A DNA stretch of 64,000 nt, taken from positions 480,001 to 544,000 of the forward strand of contig CBDCXL010000001.1 in assembly GCA_965223795.1 (NCBI GenBank), read 5' to 3'. A program made the translations under genes and the position numbers. Source of the DNA: Nitrospinales bacterium (GTDB lineage: Bacteria > Nitrospinota > Nitrospinia > Nitrospinales > VA-1). A model generated the notes under the pieces. The model worked only from the letters and a program-made list of their open reading frames with translations. It had not been told where the DNA came from and searched no databases. Positions 63,128 through 64,000 of this stretch are shown here, piece by piece. Position 1 is the first letter of the stretch. Each line of letters begins with the position of its first letter.

Positions 63128-63265
63128 ATGGAAAAAGTCAAAGTCAGCTATCCCATCGCCCCGAATTCCGAGCCCGACGGCACGTCCCAGTTCATCATGA
63201 AGACCATCGCCGCGTCTCTGTGCGGTGCGTCCATCCCGGCGGTCATCTTTTATTTTCTCATGTGA
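63128..63265 (+). CDS. Small (45 aa) protein with C-terminal hydrophobic helix
   Basis: MEKVKVSYPIAPNSEPDGTSQFIMKTIAASLCGASIPAVIFYFLM. Typical codon usage but weak RBS. Confidence 0.5.
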   Translation: MEKVKVSYPIAPNSEPDGTSQFIMKTIAASLCGASIPAVIFYFLM

Positions 63266-63337
63266 CGGGCCGTCCCGCCTTCCCGTACGACGACTGAAAC
63301 ATTGATTGGAGTTTTTGGGGGCGTTGGCTCGCGAGGG

Positions 63338-63973
63338 TCACTTCTCTTTCTTCTGGCATTTGAACGCGGTCTCGGAAGTCCAGGTGATCTTCAGATGTTC
63401 CGGGAATTGCGTGGTGTTGTCCACTTGCGCGGATTTCAAGTCTTCGCAGGATAGCTTGCGGACATAGCGCAGGTCCGCTCCCTGCAGCATCGCTCCTTTC
63501 AGGTTGGCTCCTTCCAGATTGCACCCCTTGAGGCTCGCGGCCCGCAGATCGGCGTTTTCCAGGTTGGCGTCCTGCAGGTGGGACTGGGTGAGCTTGGCTT
63601 CCTGGAAATTGACGCCGCTCAGGTCCGTCTGCCTGAGATTGGCTTTCATCAAAAAACATTCGCGGAAATTGGCGTTCTTGCAGTCCGCGCCGCGCAGAAA
63701 CGCGGACTGCAGCTTGGCCCTGCGAAAGAACGCACCGCTGCAGTTGGTGCGCGAGAGGTTGGCGCCGAAAAAATCCGCGCCGCTGAGGTTGGCGTTGCTG
63801 AGGTCGGCGCGTTCCAGATTGGCGCCGCTGAAATCGCCTTCGCTGAAAAATCCGTCACGCAGTTTCGCACCCCGGAGATCCCCTTCGCTCAGGTCGATCT
63901 TTTTCAAATCCGCCGCGCTCAGATCGACGCCTTTCAATTCGCCCTTTGTGGTCTCCAGTTTTCTGCGGTCCAA
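63338..63973 (-). CDS. Pentapeptide repeat protein
   Basis: Continuous A(D/N)LxX repeats. TTG start after AAAGGA, with an in-frame stop just upstream. Confidence 0.93.
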   Translation of the reverse strand: MDRRKLETTKGELKGVDLSAADLKKIDLSEGDLRGAKLRDGFFSEGDFSGANLERADLSNANLSGADFFGANLSRTNCSGAFFRRAKLQSAFLRGADCKNANFRECFLMKANLRQTDLSGVNFQEAKLTQSHLQDANLENADLRAASLKGCNLEGANLKGAMLQGADLRYVRKLSCEDLKSAQVDNTTQFPEHLKITWTSETAFKCQKKEK

Positions 63974-64000
63974 TGTTTCTTCCTTTCACGAACTTGTATC

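Overview
This is a bacterial chromosome segment with GC-rich coding sequence, made up mostly of housekeeping genes (alr, pyrD, rph, nth, ilvN-ilvC-psd-pssA-accD, rocD, gltA, clpS, yraN, yicC-gmk-hisC-mltG, panE, ggt). The gene mix (DUF1566, DUF3365 cytochrome, FGE-fold, TPR and pentapeptide proteins) suggests a Nitrospina-like organism, but that is inference only. I found no rRNA, tRNA, CRISPR array, integrase or transposase. Notable items: (1) an RHS toxin 3' end with a Cys-rich tip and a lipoprotein partner; (2) a ~0.93 kb one-gene islet bounded by a 74-bp duplication of the yraN 3' end; (3) several non-autonomous palindromic elements, including two copies of an IS5-like-ended MITE with co-varying ends that carry a REP-like core, a 229-bp structured element with 16-bp inverted ends, and two nested repeat mosaics; (4) unusual domain fusions (sulfite/nitrite reductase-HEPN-TusA, PCP_red-ChdC/Cld, bactofilin-TM-TPR, cNMP-pseudo-HisKA, membrane spermidine-synthase-like-TPR); (5) a coiled-coil protein with an exact 27-residue period; and (6) small ORFs absent from the supplied track. 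All family calls come from motif recognition by eye, not from database searches.
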